From an uncultured Methanosarcinales archaeon (GTDB taxonomy: Archaea; Nanobdellota; Nanobdellia; Woesearchaeales; SKGA01), in NCBI GenBank assembly GCA_964611285.1, contig CAZSZY010000001.1, forward strand, positions 1,593 to 65,592: a stretch of 64,000 nucleotides of DNA, written 5' to 3'. A program made the translations under genes and the position numbers. The notes beneath the pieces are model-generated. The model made no database searches, was not told the origin of the DNA, and saw only the letters and a list, made by a program, of their open reading frames with translations. Positions 38,692 to 47,124 of the stretch are shown here, piece after piece (position 1 is the stretch's first letter; every line of letters starts with the position of its first letter).

Positions 38692-39024
38692 ATGGAACGA
38701 GTTAATATCGACATAGAAAAATCAAATAAAGAAGAAAAGATGTTTCTAATAAACGAATGTCAATCTGCTTATCTCCATAATGAACAAGCAAAACAAAACA
38801 ACATTAACTTAGTTTATGTAATAACAGGAGTATATATTACAGCCATAGCAATCTGTATTTCTTTAAACACCCTACTTTCAGGATATTTAGCAGTTCTTAT
38901 AGGATTTATTCAAATACAAAAATTAAATCAGTTTTTTAAGAGTGACAAAGAAATTAAAAAAAAGCAAGAAAATATTCTAAAACAAAAAATTAGTATTATA
39001 AAAAAAACATTTAAGTTAAAATAA
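38692..39024 (+). CDS. Small membrane protein
   Basis: 110 aa with 2 TM helices and a Lys-rich C-terminus. Confidence 0.3.
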   Translation: MERVNIDIEKSNKEEKMFLINECQSAYLHNEQAKQNNINLVYVITGVYITAIAICISLNTLLSGYLAVLIGFIQIQKLNQFFKSDKEIKKKQENILKQKISIIKKTFKLK

Positions 39025-40236
39025 TTAATCTCCTTTCCAGTCAAGGTAGAATTTCACTTGGTCGCGTCGTTCTGCTTCCATATAGCGATGTTTTATGTTG
39101 CTAGAAAACTCTTTATTTTCTTTTCCACTAAAATATTCTTCTAAGAACTCTTTTGCGTAATCGTCATAAGAACCGTTTTTTATTGCTTCTCGCAGTTCTT
39201 TAACAAGATTGTTCATAAAATGTAAGTTATGAATTGTTGCTAGTTTGTAGCCAATGAGTTCATGACTTCGAAGCATGTGATGTACGTATGCTCGAGAATA
39301 ATTTTTGCATGTAGAACAAGTACAACCTTCTTCAATTGGCCCTTTGTCTTCTTTATACAAAACTTTTTTGATGGCAATTCTTCCTTTCTTAGTAAGCATG
39401 CTTCCATGTCGTGCGTTTGATGTTGGATAAATACTGTCAAAACAATCAACTCCAAGACCAACAGCTTTGACAACATCTGGCGGACTTCCTAAGCCCATAA
39501 GATACTTTACTTTGTCAACTGAAAAATGTTTCACACTTTGCGCAATCATATCCATAAGCTCTGCTCGGCTCTCTCCAATAACAAGACCTCCAAGCGCAAC
39601 ACCATCAAAATCCATTTCATTAATTTTATATGTGGAAAATCTCCTGTATTCATCGCGTGTTCCACCTTGCGCTATACCAAAGAGTAATTGTTTACTTCCT
39701 GTTTCTTCTTTGATTTTTTTATGATGCAGTAAACTTCGTTTTGCCCAATCATGAGTTCTTCGTATCGCATCAACATATGATTTTCCATCTAACCCGTAAT
39801 GCGCAACATCATCTAATGTCATGGCAACATCAGAATTTAATTTGAGCTGATTTTCCATAGCAATCTCAGGGGTATACTTATGCTTCTTTCCCCATTTATC
39901 TTTGAAGAGTGCGCCCTCATCTGTTTTCTTAATTAAGAAATCTTTACTTAAGACTTGAAATCCACCGCTGTCTGTAAAAATTGTTTTATTAAAACCGGTG
40001 AATTTGTGAATACCGCCAAGTTTTCCCACCACATCAATTCCTGGCGCAAGCGAGAGAAGAAAGGAGTTGTTAATCATTGCTTCATAACCAAGAAAATCAA
40101 TGTCATCAGCAGCCATGGCTTTGACACTACCTTTGCTTGCAACAGGCATAAAAAAAGGTGTGATAACATCTCCGTGTGCCGTAGTAAGTTTTCCTACGCG
40201 CGCCTTGCCATCAGTATGAAGTATTTGAAATACCAT
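39025..40236 (-). CDS. tgt: tRNA-guanine transglycosylase catalytic domain (archaeosine/queuine TGT family), with no PUA or C-terminal domains
   Basis: 403 aa. It has the TIM-barrel TGT motifs (DSGGFQ, GIAQGG), a zinc site CTCSTCKNYSRAYVHH, and the archaeal-type N-terminus MVFQILHTDGKARVG. Confidence 0.8.
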   Translation of the reverse strand: MVFQILHTDGKARVGKLTTAHGDVITPFFMPVASKGSVKAMAADDIDFLGYEAMINNSFLLSLAPGIDVVGKLGGIHKFTGFNKTIFTDSGGFQVLSKDFLIKKTDEGALFKDKWGKKHKYTPEIAMENQLKLNSDVAMTLDDVAHYGLDGKSYVDAIRRTHDWAKRSLLHHKKIKEETGSKQLLFGIAQGGTRDEYRRFSTYKINEMDFDGVALGGLVIGESRAELMDMIAQSVKHFSVDKVKYLMGLGSPPDVVKAVGLGVDCFDSIYPTSNARHGSMLTKKGRIAIKKVLYKEDKGPIEEGCTCSTCKNYSRAYVHHMLRSHELIGYKLATIHNLHFMNNLVKELREAIKNGSYDDYAKEFLEEYFSGKENKEFSSNIKHRYMEAERRDQVKFYLDWKGD

Positions 40237-40273
40237 GTGAGTAGAAGAAAGAAGAAAGAAGGATGATTAATAA

Positions 40274-41068
40274 CTATTTGCTTTCGCTTAAGAATTCCAT
40301 AACTTCGCTTGCTTTTTTATTGTTTAGAATTATTTCTCTGAGTGCATGAGACATGCCAAATGGTTTTGTGCATTGCCATACGTTTCGACCAACTGCCATT
40401 CCTGTTGCGCCTGATTTCATAATATCTTCTGCTTGTTTAAGGAATAGTTTTGGTTCCATTTTTGTACCGCCTGCAGTCATTACTCGTGCTCGACCACCAC
40501 TTTTTACAACCCATTTGTAACCATCAGGCTCCTCATTGTATTTTAGTTTTACAAAATCAGCTCCTAGTTCTAATCCTATTCGTGCAGAGTATGCTAAAAT
40601 TTCTGTGGTGAGATCGTTTCGTACTGCTTGTCCTCGCGGATACAACCATGCAACAACTGGGATACCATAATCATGTGCTTGTTCTACTATTTTTCCAAAT
40701 TCTTGAAACATTTCTGGTTCTCGTTCACTACCAGGATAAATAGTATATCCTACAGCTGATGCACCTAGTTTCAATGCTCTGTCTACGGAACAGATTTGTC
40801 GAGAAATAGGAGTAAGATGCGGAATGCTTGTTTTTCCATTAAGTTTTACTACTAAAGGCACTTCTTTGTATGCTTCATGATAGTATTTTTCAGCTAGTCC
40901 TGATTGCAGGATAATAGCATTATAATGAGATTCTAATGCAATATCGAGAATGTGGGTTGGGTCAATGGTTTTTAGGTTAAAATCTTCAGGTCCATGTTCA
41001 AGTCCCTGATCACACGCAAGCATAAGTGACTTGTTATTTTTCATTAATTTTGACGTGTTAATTCTCAC
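40274..41068 (-). CDS. fbaB: Class I fructose-bisphosphate aldolase, archaeal DhnA type (or ADH synthase paralog)
   Basis: 264 aa. It has the Schiff-base Lys region FVKLKY and matches DhnA family patterns with VVKLNGKTS and AWLYPRG. Confidence 0.7.
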   Translation of the reverse strand: MRINTSKLMKNNKSLMLACDQGLEHGPEDFNLKTIDPTHILDIALESHYNAIILQSGLAEKYYHEAYKEVPLVVKLNGKTSIPHLTPISRQICSVDRALKLGASAVGYTIYPGSEREPEMFQEFGKIVEQAHDYGIPVVAWLYPRGQAVRNDLTTEILAYSARIGLELGADFVKLKYNEEPDGYKWVVKSGGRARVMTAGGTKMEPKLFLKQAEDIMKSGATGMAVGRNVWQCTKPFGMSHALREIILNNKKASEVMEFLSESK

Positions 41069-41076
41069 TCTCTCAC

Positions 41077-42414
41077 CTACTTTTTACTGTGGAGATACCC
41101 TAATAATATCTCACTCATTGTTTGTTTATCGTGACAATCCTTTATAAGTCTTGCTAGTGTATCTTGATGAAAAATGTCTTTAAACCATGAAACAAAATCG
41201 TTTCTGGTGCTTGTTACATGGTGATAGAAGACTTCATCAGGCATGGTGGGTAAATAATAGGCCATTCCTTCAATACTTGCTATTTCTCGTCCATCAACAC
41301 ATGTAAAAATAGTATCTTTTGAAGAAATGTGAAATTGTGGATGTTGATATTCATCTGAACGTTCAAGTTCAGCTTTTGGTATAGTAAGCGTTCCCTGGAA
41401 CGCGTTTGCTCTGTGGAATGCTTCTTCTTTTTCTAGTATGGTTTGTTTTGCTCCAGGAGCACCTATAATGCTTTCTGCTTGTACCATCGCAATTTTTAAT
41501 GCAAGTTCAATAGGTTGTTCATAAAAAAGTCCGCTAATAAATCCTGAAGCAAAGGCATCTCCTGCGCCTGTTGTTTCTACCACTTTAAGACGTGGTGAGG
41601 GTGTTAACACATAATGTTTATTTTCATAAAAACAAGTTGCGCCTTTTGCAGCGTCTGTAATAATTACGTAAGTTATTCCTTGGTCTGCAAGTTCTTTTGA
41701 TAGTTTTATCGCATCTCCTTTTTTTCCAAGGAGAAGTTGTGCTTCTTCTAAGTTCAAAATTAATGCATCGCAGTTTTCTAATACATCTTGTAGTGCAAGC
41801 AATCCTAGTTGTGCTTGATAGTTAGAAGGATTAAAAGCTATTTTTAATCCGTTTGTTTTTGCGTGAGTAAAAATTGTTTTGAGTGTTGCAAATGATCGTT
41901 CAATCATGGACGAAGAATATAACCATTTAGCGTGAAGTTTATCATAAGGTACTTCACTTGCATGTAAATGATTGTTTGCTCCTTTAAATGTGAGAATGGT
42001 TCTGTCGTGTTCAATGGAATCAAGAACAATAGAATATCCTGTTTGTCCATCTTGAGCACCAATAAACTCAATATTATTTGTTGATAACAATTTTAAAACA
42101 TTTTTTGCATTATCATCCTGTCCTAGTTTTCCTAAGAAAGCTGTTTTGCAACCCATTCGGGAAAAAAGTACTGCTGTATTTGTTCCACCACCACCAATAA
42201 GAAAGTCAAGGTCAGTAACCATTATCTTACTTCCAGAAGGATAAGCAATGAGATCTTTTTCTCCGTCTTTGGTTACTATTTTAACTAGAGAAGAAGCTGT
42301 ATTTGCAAATACGTCCACTGTCGCGCTCCCAACGGTAATTATATCATACAAGAACCTCTCACCTCTATACTTAATTACGAAGAGTTTGTTTATAAAGGTT
42401 TTGAAGCGGAGCAC
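41077..42414 (-). CDS. PfkB-family carbohydrate/nucleoside kinase with a ~130-aa C-terminal extension of unknown function
   Basis: 445 aa. It has an N-terminal GG dipeptide (DFLIGGGGTNTA) and the PfkB signature ETTGAGDAFASGFISG. The C-terminal roughly 130 aa show no recognisable motif. Confidence 0.65.
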   Translation of the reverse strand: MLRFKTFINKLFVIKYRGERFLYDIITVGSATVDVFANTASSLVKIVTKDGEKDLIAYPSGSKIMVTDLDFLIGGGGTNTAVLFSRMGCKTAFLGKLGQDDNAKNVLKLLSTNNIEFIGAQDGQTGYSIVLDSIEHDRTILTFKGANNHLHASEVPYDKLHAKWLYSSSMIERSFATLKTIFTHAKTNGLKIAFNPSNYQAQLGLLALQDVLENCDALILNLEEAQLLLGKKGDAIKLSKELADQGITYVIITDAAKGATCFYENKHYVLTPSPRLKVVETTGAGDAFASGFISGLFYEQPIELALKIAMVQAESIIGAPGAKQTILEKEEAFHRANAFQGTLTIPKAELERSDEYQHPQFHISSKDTIFTCVDGREIASIEGMAYYLPTMPDEVFYHHVTSTRNDFVSWFKDIFHQDTLARLIKDCHDKQTMSEILLGYLHSKK

Positions 42415-42458
42415 TGCAAGGACATAAATTTATATAATCATTATACTAAAGACCCTAT

Positions 42459-43670
42459 ATGTTTCTTCCAATACAAAAAGCTCTGGAACAAGATGTCACA
42501 CGCGTAGGAGTTAAAGCAAAGCTTTTTGCACAGTTAGAACAACAACTTACATTACCATTTAGTTTGGTTATAAGTAGCGAAGTGTACAACTCATTTCTTA
42601 ATCATAATAATTTGGAAGAACAAATTGTGGAATTATTTGAGCATGGTGATTCACCTGATAAACTTATTGCAGGATTTACTCAACTAGCCCAATTATTTGA
42701 GCAGGCATCTTTTTCTCCAGATGTTATTGCTGAATTAAGAGAGTGTTTTGAATTAGCAGCTCTTGATACAAGTGACTTAAATTCTTTATCTTCTCAACAG
42801 CAAGGTTCTGCTGTGTTAGTGCTTCGTCGAAGTACTGATTACAATGATACGGATGTTACTTGTCCCGGAACTATTTTTACAAAGGAATCATTTTCAGACT
42901 TTCTTCGCGCAGTAAAAAGTTGTATGCTAAGTGCATTCACACCCTCCTCTGTTATTGCAAGAAGGGCACAAAATGTTTTTTCATTCTCTGTTGCAGTTAT
43001 TGTTTCCAGAATGCCAACAATACAAACATGTCTTGAGTCTAGTTTATATTTTCATAAAAACAATATCATCGTACAAAGTTATATGGGTTTTCCAGATCGA
43101 AGCAATATTGTTCCTAAAGATACATTCACATTAAGTGTTGATTTTTTGCGCATTATGGAAGCGAATGTTATAGAACAAACTGTTGTTGCTGTTTTTGATA
43201 AAGTTGCTAATCAAATGCAACATCGAAAGTATGCTCCTGGCGGCTCTTCCCAAACTGTTCCTGATCAAATGATTTTAGAAGTTGGCCGATTAACAAAAAA
43301 GATTAGCACTACGCTCCAGAGCAAAGAACTTTCAGCAGAGTTTGTTGCAAATAACGACGGAGAAATTATTTGTTTTGATGTAGTGTTGGCACCGCGTACC
43401 GGTCAGACGAAAAAACCCTCAGAAGAAAAATCCACGCAGGAAATTCCTAATTCTCAAACTACAAATGAACCTTTGCCGACATTATCTGAAACTCTTGCGG
43501 GCGAGCAAGAACTTGCAAGTGCATTAATTTCATTTCTTGCAAAACATAAATTTTCAAAGTATGGTCCTGCTTTAGATGTTGTTGTCAGAAGTTTAAAGAA
43601 CGAAGTTAACCTCTCGACTTTAAAACAAGGTATCATGATGGCTAAAGAGTTAATTGAAGAAGCGGATTAA
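42459..43670 (+). CDS. Stand-alone PEP-synthase/PPDK N-terminal (PEP/pyruvate-binding, ATP-grasp-like) domain protein (tentative)
   Basis: 403 aa. VLVLRRSTDYNDTD...FTKES and AVKSCMLSAFTPSSVIARR resemble the PPDK_N patterns vavRSSa.aED...sFAGq and vkkvwaSlf..rai.YR. There are no phospho-His or PEP-utilising domains. Confidence 0.35.
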   Translation: MFLPIQKALEQDVTRVGVKAKLFAQLEQQLTLPFSLVISSEVYNSFLNHNNLEEQIVELFEHGDSPDKLIAGFTQLAQLFEQASFSPDVIAELRECFELAALDTSDLNSLSSQQQGSAVLVLRRSTDYNDTDVTCPGTIFTKESFSDFLRAVKSCMLSAFTPSSVIARRAQNVFSFSVAVIVSRMPTIQTCLESSLYFHKNNIIVQSYMGFPDRSNIVPKDTFTLSVDFLRIMEANVIEQTVVAVFDKVANQMQHRKYAPGGSSQTVPDQMILEVGRLTKKISTTLQSKELSAEFVANNDGEIICFDVVLAPRTGQTKKPSEEKSTQEIPNSQTTNEPLPTLSETLAGEQELASALISFLAKHKFSKYGPALDVVVRSLKNEVNLSTLKQGIMMAKELIEEAD

Positions 43671-44611
43671 TTTTTTTCTAACACAATTATTTTTCTTGTT
43701 AAGGATTTATGTATGTAGATTTCAAAAGAATTTTTTATTGTCCAAGATGTTTTTCCAAGCAAGGACTCTATGTCGGTTGTATTTGCTACACCAATTACGA
43801 GTTTTTCTGTTAAATCTTGTGCAAGAAAAAAGAATTTTTCATAAAGAGAATTAATTCCTTCAGTAATAGTTGAGTTTTTCCCATAAGGAAGGTCAGTTAT
43901 AATTGCAAGCGCTTTTTCTTCTAAAGTTAATGCATCTTTTTTTGTAAAATTTGCTTTAACACTGAGTTCTTGGGCGTTCTCACGTGCTTTACCAACTAAT
44001 TCTGCGCTTATATCACTTCCTTGGACATTAAGCCCCATGAGTTTACCTTCTATAACCAGTCCTCCAGCGCCACAAAAAGGGTCGATAAACCCATCACTAA
44101 CAGCTAAGTTAATCATGGCGCGCGCTAGTTTTGGATGCATGCTTGTTGGATGATTATATAATTTCAAATGAGAACGACGAGTATGAGGATTATCATCATT
44201 AAAATAAATTTCTTCAGTTACATAAATAATATCTGTGACCCAAAAGAAAACATAATGATGGGTTGGATGATGAATGTCCACTTCAGGACTTGTTTGTCGG
44301 CCATATAAATTGTCTGCTAAGCTTTTACTTGTTGGTCCTTGACCAGAAATGTTCTCAACAGTGATTTTGAAAGTGTTTTTTAAAACCAAATCTAAAAGTT
44401 CTTCTTCGTGCTGTACATCTCGAATAACTTTTCCTATTCTTCGAGTATAAGCAAGACGCAAAGCAAGCGTTAAATCAATTTCATCTGTTTCTAAAAGTAA
44501 TAGTTCTGAAGAAATAACTATAACTTTGCCAAAAAGAGTTTCTACTTCTGCTTTTGCTAAGTTTGGATGCTCTCCTGAAAGAAAAAAAACATATGCCATG
44601 GTAATCAACAA
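43667..44611 (-). CDS. trm11: Trm11-like tRNA (guanine-N2)-methyltransferase (THUMP + class I MTase)
   Basis: 314 aa. The N-terminus MAYVFFLSGEHPNLAKAEVETL is Trm11/THUMP-like. The MTase motif I is DPFCGAGG and motif IV is DLPYG. Confidence 0.65.
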   Translation of the reverse strand: MLITMAYVFFLSGEHPNLAKAEVETLFGKVIVISSELLLLETDEIDLTLALRLAYTRRIGKVIRDVQHEEELLDLVLKNTFKITVENISGQGPTSKSLADNLYGRQTSPEVDIHHPTHHYVFFWVTDIIYVTEEIYFNDDNPHTRRSHLKLYNHPTSMHPKLARAMINLAVSDGFIDPFCGAGGLVIEGKLMGLNVQGSDISAELVGKARENAQELSVKANFTKKDALTLEEKALAIITDLPYGKNSTITEGINSLYEKFFFLAQDLTEKLVIGVANTTDIESLLGKTSWTIKNSFEIYIHKSLTRKIIVLEKN

Positions 44612-44655
44612 TCAACAGAACCCCAAACGCCGGCTCACCGATAGTTTGCCTCTCG

Positions 44656-45147
44656 TTAGTATTCCCAACCGTTTTCGTCTTCGTGTTTTTTCTTAGCGTA
44701 ATCTCCAAGAATATTTACTACGTAACGAAAAAAGTTTTTTTCAAACTCATTGTACTGAGTGATAATATCAATGTTTACTATTTCTTCTCGGCCATCAATA
44801 GTTGTAGTAATAGAAACGTGTCTTCTATATTCTTGATCTGACACATGAGGTGCTCGATATATTTTTCTCATTAAAAAGAACAAATCAACGTTGTCTTGTA
44901 CTTCTTGTTGCGGATATAATTTTTTCACAAGATTTCCTTTTTCTATTGGTGTGGTTGGTGTTTCTTGTAAATTTTTAGTGTCTTTTGCATAAGCTAAAAG
45001 TGCACTCAGAAGTAAATCATAAGCATCAATAAGACGAGAAAGCGTGTTTATTAAGACATCTGCTGTTCGGGTATATTTAAGACTCACATAAATAAGGTGG
45101 TCTGCTCGTTTGAGTTCTTCGCCTGCATCATCTAAAAGTTCTATCAT
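44656..45147 (-). CDS. Hypothetical helical protein (paralog of the upstream neighbour)
   Basis: 163 aa. Its N-terminal ELKRADHLIYVSL resembles ERAQRQLALADHLL of the neighbour. The genes abut at 45147. Confidence 0.3.
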   Translation of the reverse strand: MIELLDDAGEELKRADHLIYVSLKYTRTADVLINTLSRLIDAYDLLLSALLAYAKDTKNLQETPTTPIEKGNLVKKLYPQQEVQDNVDLFFLMRKIYRAPHVSDQEYRRHVSITTTIDGREEIVNIDIITQYNEFEKNFFRYVVNILGDYAKKKHEDENGWEY

Positions 45148-45611
45148 TAATTGCTCACCGTCAATAGTATTTTTTTCATTAATATTCGCGTTAGCGATAA
45201 AATGTTTTTTAATTGTAATTGATTAAGCACATTAAGTTGATATGCATCGTCTGCTAAAACCATGGTTGATTTTCTTGCAAATTCAACAATACTTTCTTCG
45301 TGTTTTTCAAATAAATTGTTTGTTTGTTCTAACATGTTCATTTCTTGATTGGAGCTAATATTTCGTTCTTTGGTTACATGTTTAAATTTTGCTAATTTAA
45401 CTACAAATGAAGTGTCTTTAAGAACAATTTGCTTTGGAGTAAAAAAAGCAATTGTTGCTGTAATGACATCGTCTTGTGCTTTGTGTATATTGCGCAGTAC
45501 CCCTATAAGCAATTTTGGGTCTTTGGATAAAGGATACGTTGCTGTGAGTAAATGATCAGCCAAAGCGAGTTGGCGTTGTGCTCGTTCTAAGGATGAATGA
45601 ATATTGTTCAC
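45147..45611 (-). CDS. Hypothetical helical protein
   Basis: 154 aa and all-helical. It forms a gene pair with 44656..45147. Confidence 0.3.
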   Translation of the reverse strand: MNNIHSSLERAQRQLALADHLLTATYPLSKDPKLLIGVLRNIHKAQDDVITATIAFFTPKQIVLKDTSFVVKLAKFKHVTKERNISSNQEMNMLEQTNNLFEKHEESIVEFARKSTMVLADDAYQLNVLNQLQLKNILSLTRILMKKILLTVSN

Positions 45612-45613
45612 TT

Positions 45614-45967
45614 TTATTCTTCGTTCTCTTCTTGTAAGCTAAGAATGGCTTGTGCTAAATCTCCGCCTGCATCTTGTATTGCTTGTGTTGCTGTTTGTTT
45701 ATCTACTTGTGCTTGCTCCATAACAGTTTCTACATCTTCATCATTAATTTCAGGCGCGACATCCCGTTCTACAACATTTGCTTCACCAACTATTTGGTAT
45801 GTCTCTTGACCCATCATATTTACTTTTGCAACGTCTGGATTTGAGATAATTATATCTTTATCAGCCAATCGTATAATAACTTCTTCTGCTTGCAAGTCTT
45901 CTTGTTGCACACCCATTTTTTTCATGGCTTGCTTCATTTGTCGAGAATTCATACCGGGTATCATCAT
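45614..45967 (-). CDS. nac: Nascent polypeptide-associated complex protein (archaeal NAC alpha, NAC + UBA domains)
   Basis: 117 aa. The NAC domain contains MKKMGVQQEDLQAEEVIIRL and the C-terminal UBA segment is ATQAIQDAGGDLAQAIL. Confidence 0.8.
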   Translation of the reverse strand: MMIPGMNSRQMKQAMKKMGVQQEDLQAEEVIIRLADKDIIISNPDVAKVNMMGQETYQIVGEANVVERDVAPEINDEDVETVMEQAQVDKQTATQAIQDAGGDLAQAILSLQEENEE

Positions 45968-46007
45968 AGGAGCCTCATATCTAGCAATGTATTATTATGA
46001 TAAAAAT

Positions 46008-46175
46008 TTAAGGTAAAACTGGAACAGACTTATTCAGAACCATAACAATAATAATTACCAAAATTGTTACTGCTAGGATTACTTGCGGCGCTATACGTAC
46101 TTTTGATGTTGATTCGTTGTAAAAACTTGTAAGACCCGCGCCACTTGATGGCATACTAATTTTATTATCAGCCAT
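46008..46175 (-). CDS. secG: Preprotein translocase subunit Sec61beta/SecG-like (archaeal), a 55-aa mini-protein absent from the ORF track
   Basis: Manual translation gives MADNKISMPSSGAGLTSFYNESTSKVRIAPQVILAVTILVIIIVMVLNKSVPVLP. The conserved SSGAGL(x)xFY motif and single C-terminal TM are typical of archaeal Sec61beta. Confidence 0.55.
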   Translation of the reverse strand: MADNKISMPSSGAGLTSFYNESTSKVRIAPQVILAVTILVIIIVMVLNKSVPVLP

Positions 46176-46246
46176 GGAAAAATAAGAAACTATCTAACTT
46201 TATAAAGCTTTTTGTTAAGAAAGGCCAATTCAGGGGTTAGAGCGTC

Positions 46247-46669
46247 CTAAATCACATATTCACAGTTTTCTTCGCATGATGCAGAACCTGTAGAACCATT
46301 TACTATAATGATGGTTTCATAAGATGCTTCGTCTCGTTTAGAAATAATGATTTGTGCTTTGTAATCATCTCCTTCCCTATACGTGTTAACGAGTGTTGAC
46401 TGCCAGAAATTTGCTTGCACATACCCTTTCACGAAAGATAATGATTTAGCTTCTGCATCGTCTTGAGTAATGCCTAGTTGAACAGTAAACCGACATTGTA
46501 CGGGACTGCTTGCTTCTCGGCCATCAGGACACACATAAATAACTTTATCAGAGGTTACTTGTTGGTTTCCTCCTACACTTCCATCTGCACAAAAATAGAT
46601 TTTTTGAGCTCCACATCCTGATAGAATAAGTAGAGAAAGAAGTGTGAGTGCAAGTAAAACTTTTTTCAT
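46247..46669 (-). CDS. Small secreted lipoprotein
   Basis: 140 aa with lipobox signal LLILSGCGAQ and several Cys. Confidence 0.4.
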   Translation of the reverse strand: MKKVLLALTLLSLLILSGCGAQKIYFCADGSVGGNQQVTSDKVIYVCPDGREASSPVQCRFTVQLGITQDDAEAKSLSFVKGYVQANFWQSTLVNTYREGDDYKAQIIISKRDEASYETIIIVNGSTGSASCEENCEYVI

Positions 46670-46726
46670 AAACAGGTCTTAAGAATTAGCGTTTTTAAAT
46701 GTTTTGAATACAACTAAAAGAAAAGT

Positions 46727-47092
46727 GCGTAGAGTTACATAAGCCACCTTCTGTCGCGACCAAATATATTTGCGCTAACATACGATATCACGTAACTGGA
46801 TTCTACTAAGCGTCATACTGACTTGCACCGGCAAGGTCGCAAATTTCATCCTTCCTTTTGGGGACGTCAACAGGTTATTCTTGCTTTTTGTCACCAAAAA
46901 GCGTCGCTTGTATCATTCCATAACCCAAAAGAGGTTGTTTTCTGTACGGTTGCCAATCCTATTCGGATTCTCGCCTTACGACGAGTTGCTCTGCTGCAAA
47001 GCGTCTGGCTCGCCTAAACGAACATAACCTTTGCTGTAGTGGGTGGACTTTCCTAAGATCCGAAGATCCTTACCAGTCTGATAACCCTACGC
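46727..47092 (-). ncRNA. rnpB: RNase P RNA (archaeal, type A-like)
   Basis: GC-enriched non-coding island. The reverse complement contains CR-I AGGAAAGUCCACC (plus 47041-47058) and CR-IV/V GACAGAAGGUGGCUUAUG (plus 46737-46757). A P1 helix forms between GCGUAG at the 5' end (plus ~47087-47092) and CUACGC at the 3' end (plus ~46727-46732). Confidence 0.75.
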
Positions 47093-47124
47093 AAAGAATT
47101 GAAAAGAAGCTTTGTTTATAAGTA

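Noticed and set aside
44656-45611. HEPN/MNT-type toxin-antitoxin pair
   Set aside because: No Rx4-6H HEPN motif and no GSx(n)DxD nucleotidyltransferase motif could be found. The pair is kept only as hypothetical helical paralogs
46823-47017. 64-aa ORF on the plus strand
   Set aside because: It lies entirely inside the RNase P RNA gene, which runs on the opposite strand and is GC-rich and structured. It is a frame artefact
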